A stretch of 64,000 bases of DNA from an uncultured Hydrogenophaga sp. (GTDB taxonomy: Bacteria > Pseudomonadota > Gammaproteobacteria > Burkholderiales > Burkholderiaceae_C), in the NCBI GenBank assembly GCA_964424415.1, contig CAYRIT010000004.1, positions 3,868 to 67,867 on the forward strand, read 5' to 3'. Positions within the stretch are counted from its first letter, which is position 1; every line of letters starts with the position of its first letter. The notes under the pieces are model-generated. The model was not told the origin of the DNA, searched no databases, and worked only from the letters and a program-made list of their open reading frames with translations. Both the position numbers and the translations under genes were made by a program. This document shows, piece after piece, positions 63,931-64,000 of this stretch.

Positions 63931-64000
63931 TCAGGCAAAGTGCCCGTGCAGGTACCACGCCAGCGCGTCGTCCAGCCGCGTGCGAAACACCCAGAGCAGG
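63931..64000 (-). CDS. imuB: C-terminal end of ImuB-like Y-family polymerase accessory protein (partial, runs off the window end)
   Basis: My own translation of the reverse strand gives ...LLWVFRTRLDDALAWYLHGHFA-stop. The WYLHGxFA ending and the position 40 nt upstream of dnaE2 fit the imuA-imuB-dnaE2 cassette. Only 23 codons are visible. Confidence 0.55.
   Translation of the reverse strand, partial: LLWVFRTRLDDALAWYLHGHFA

Overview
High-GC chromosomal segment (clearly above 60% G+C by eye, not computed). The gene order is typical of Betaproteobacteria/Burkholderiales and looks Comamonadaceae-like. I can support about 60 protein-coding genes and found no tRNA, rRNA or CRISPR array. Most of the window is conserved housekeeping synteny. 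From the left: petA (partial), mscL, pdxA plus a Nif3-like gene, and a DegS/AlgW-like protease. Next comes a 17-kb minus-strand gene train, listed here in transcription order: mlaFED-mlaA-mlaC-mlaB, an ABC-2 exporter pair, ibaG, murA, hisGDCBHAF, hisIE, a membrane protein, a HIT protein, tatABC. After that come gltBD, dgt-aroB-aroK-pilQPONM, mrcA, cyaY, lptM-lysA, msrPQ, ccsBA plus cytochrome c4, engB, two LpxL-type acyltransferases and metK. There are two accessory spots. (i) A single REP-associated tyrosine transposase (RAYT) gene at 28.6-29.4 kb, bounded by a 17-nt imperfect inverted repeat and subterminal hairpins. (ii) A co-directional four-gene island at 53.9-60.7 kb: a soluble triple-PAS histidine kinase, an AraC-type regulator with a degenerate receiver-like domain, and two large Cys-rich orphan proteins (723 and 440 aa) that I cannot assign to any family. 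This island is my best candidate for an undescribed system. It sits convergent to an imuB-dnaE2 SOS-mutagenesis cassette. All calls come from reading the translations and the DNA by eye; no database searches were run.
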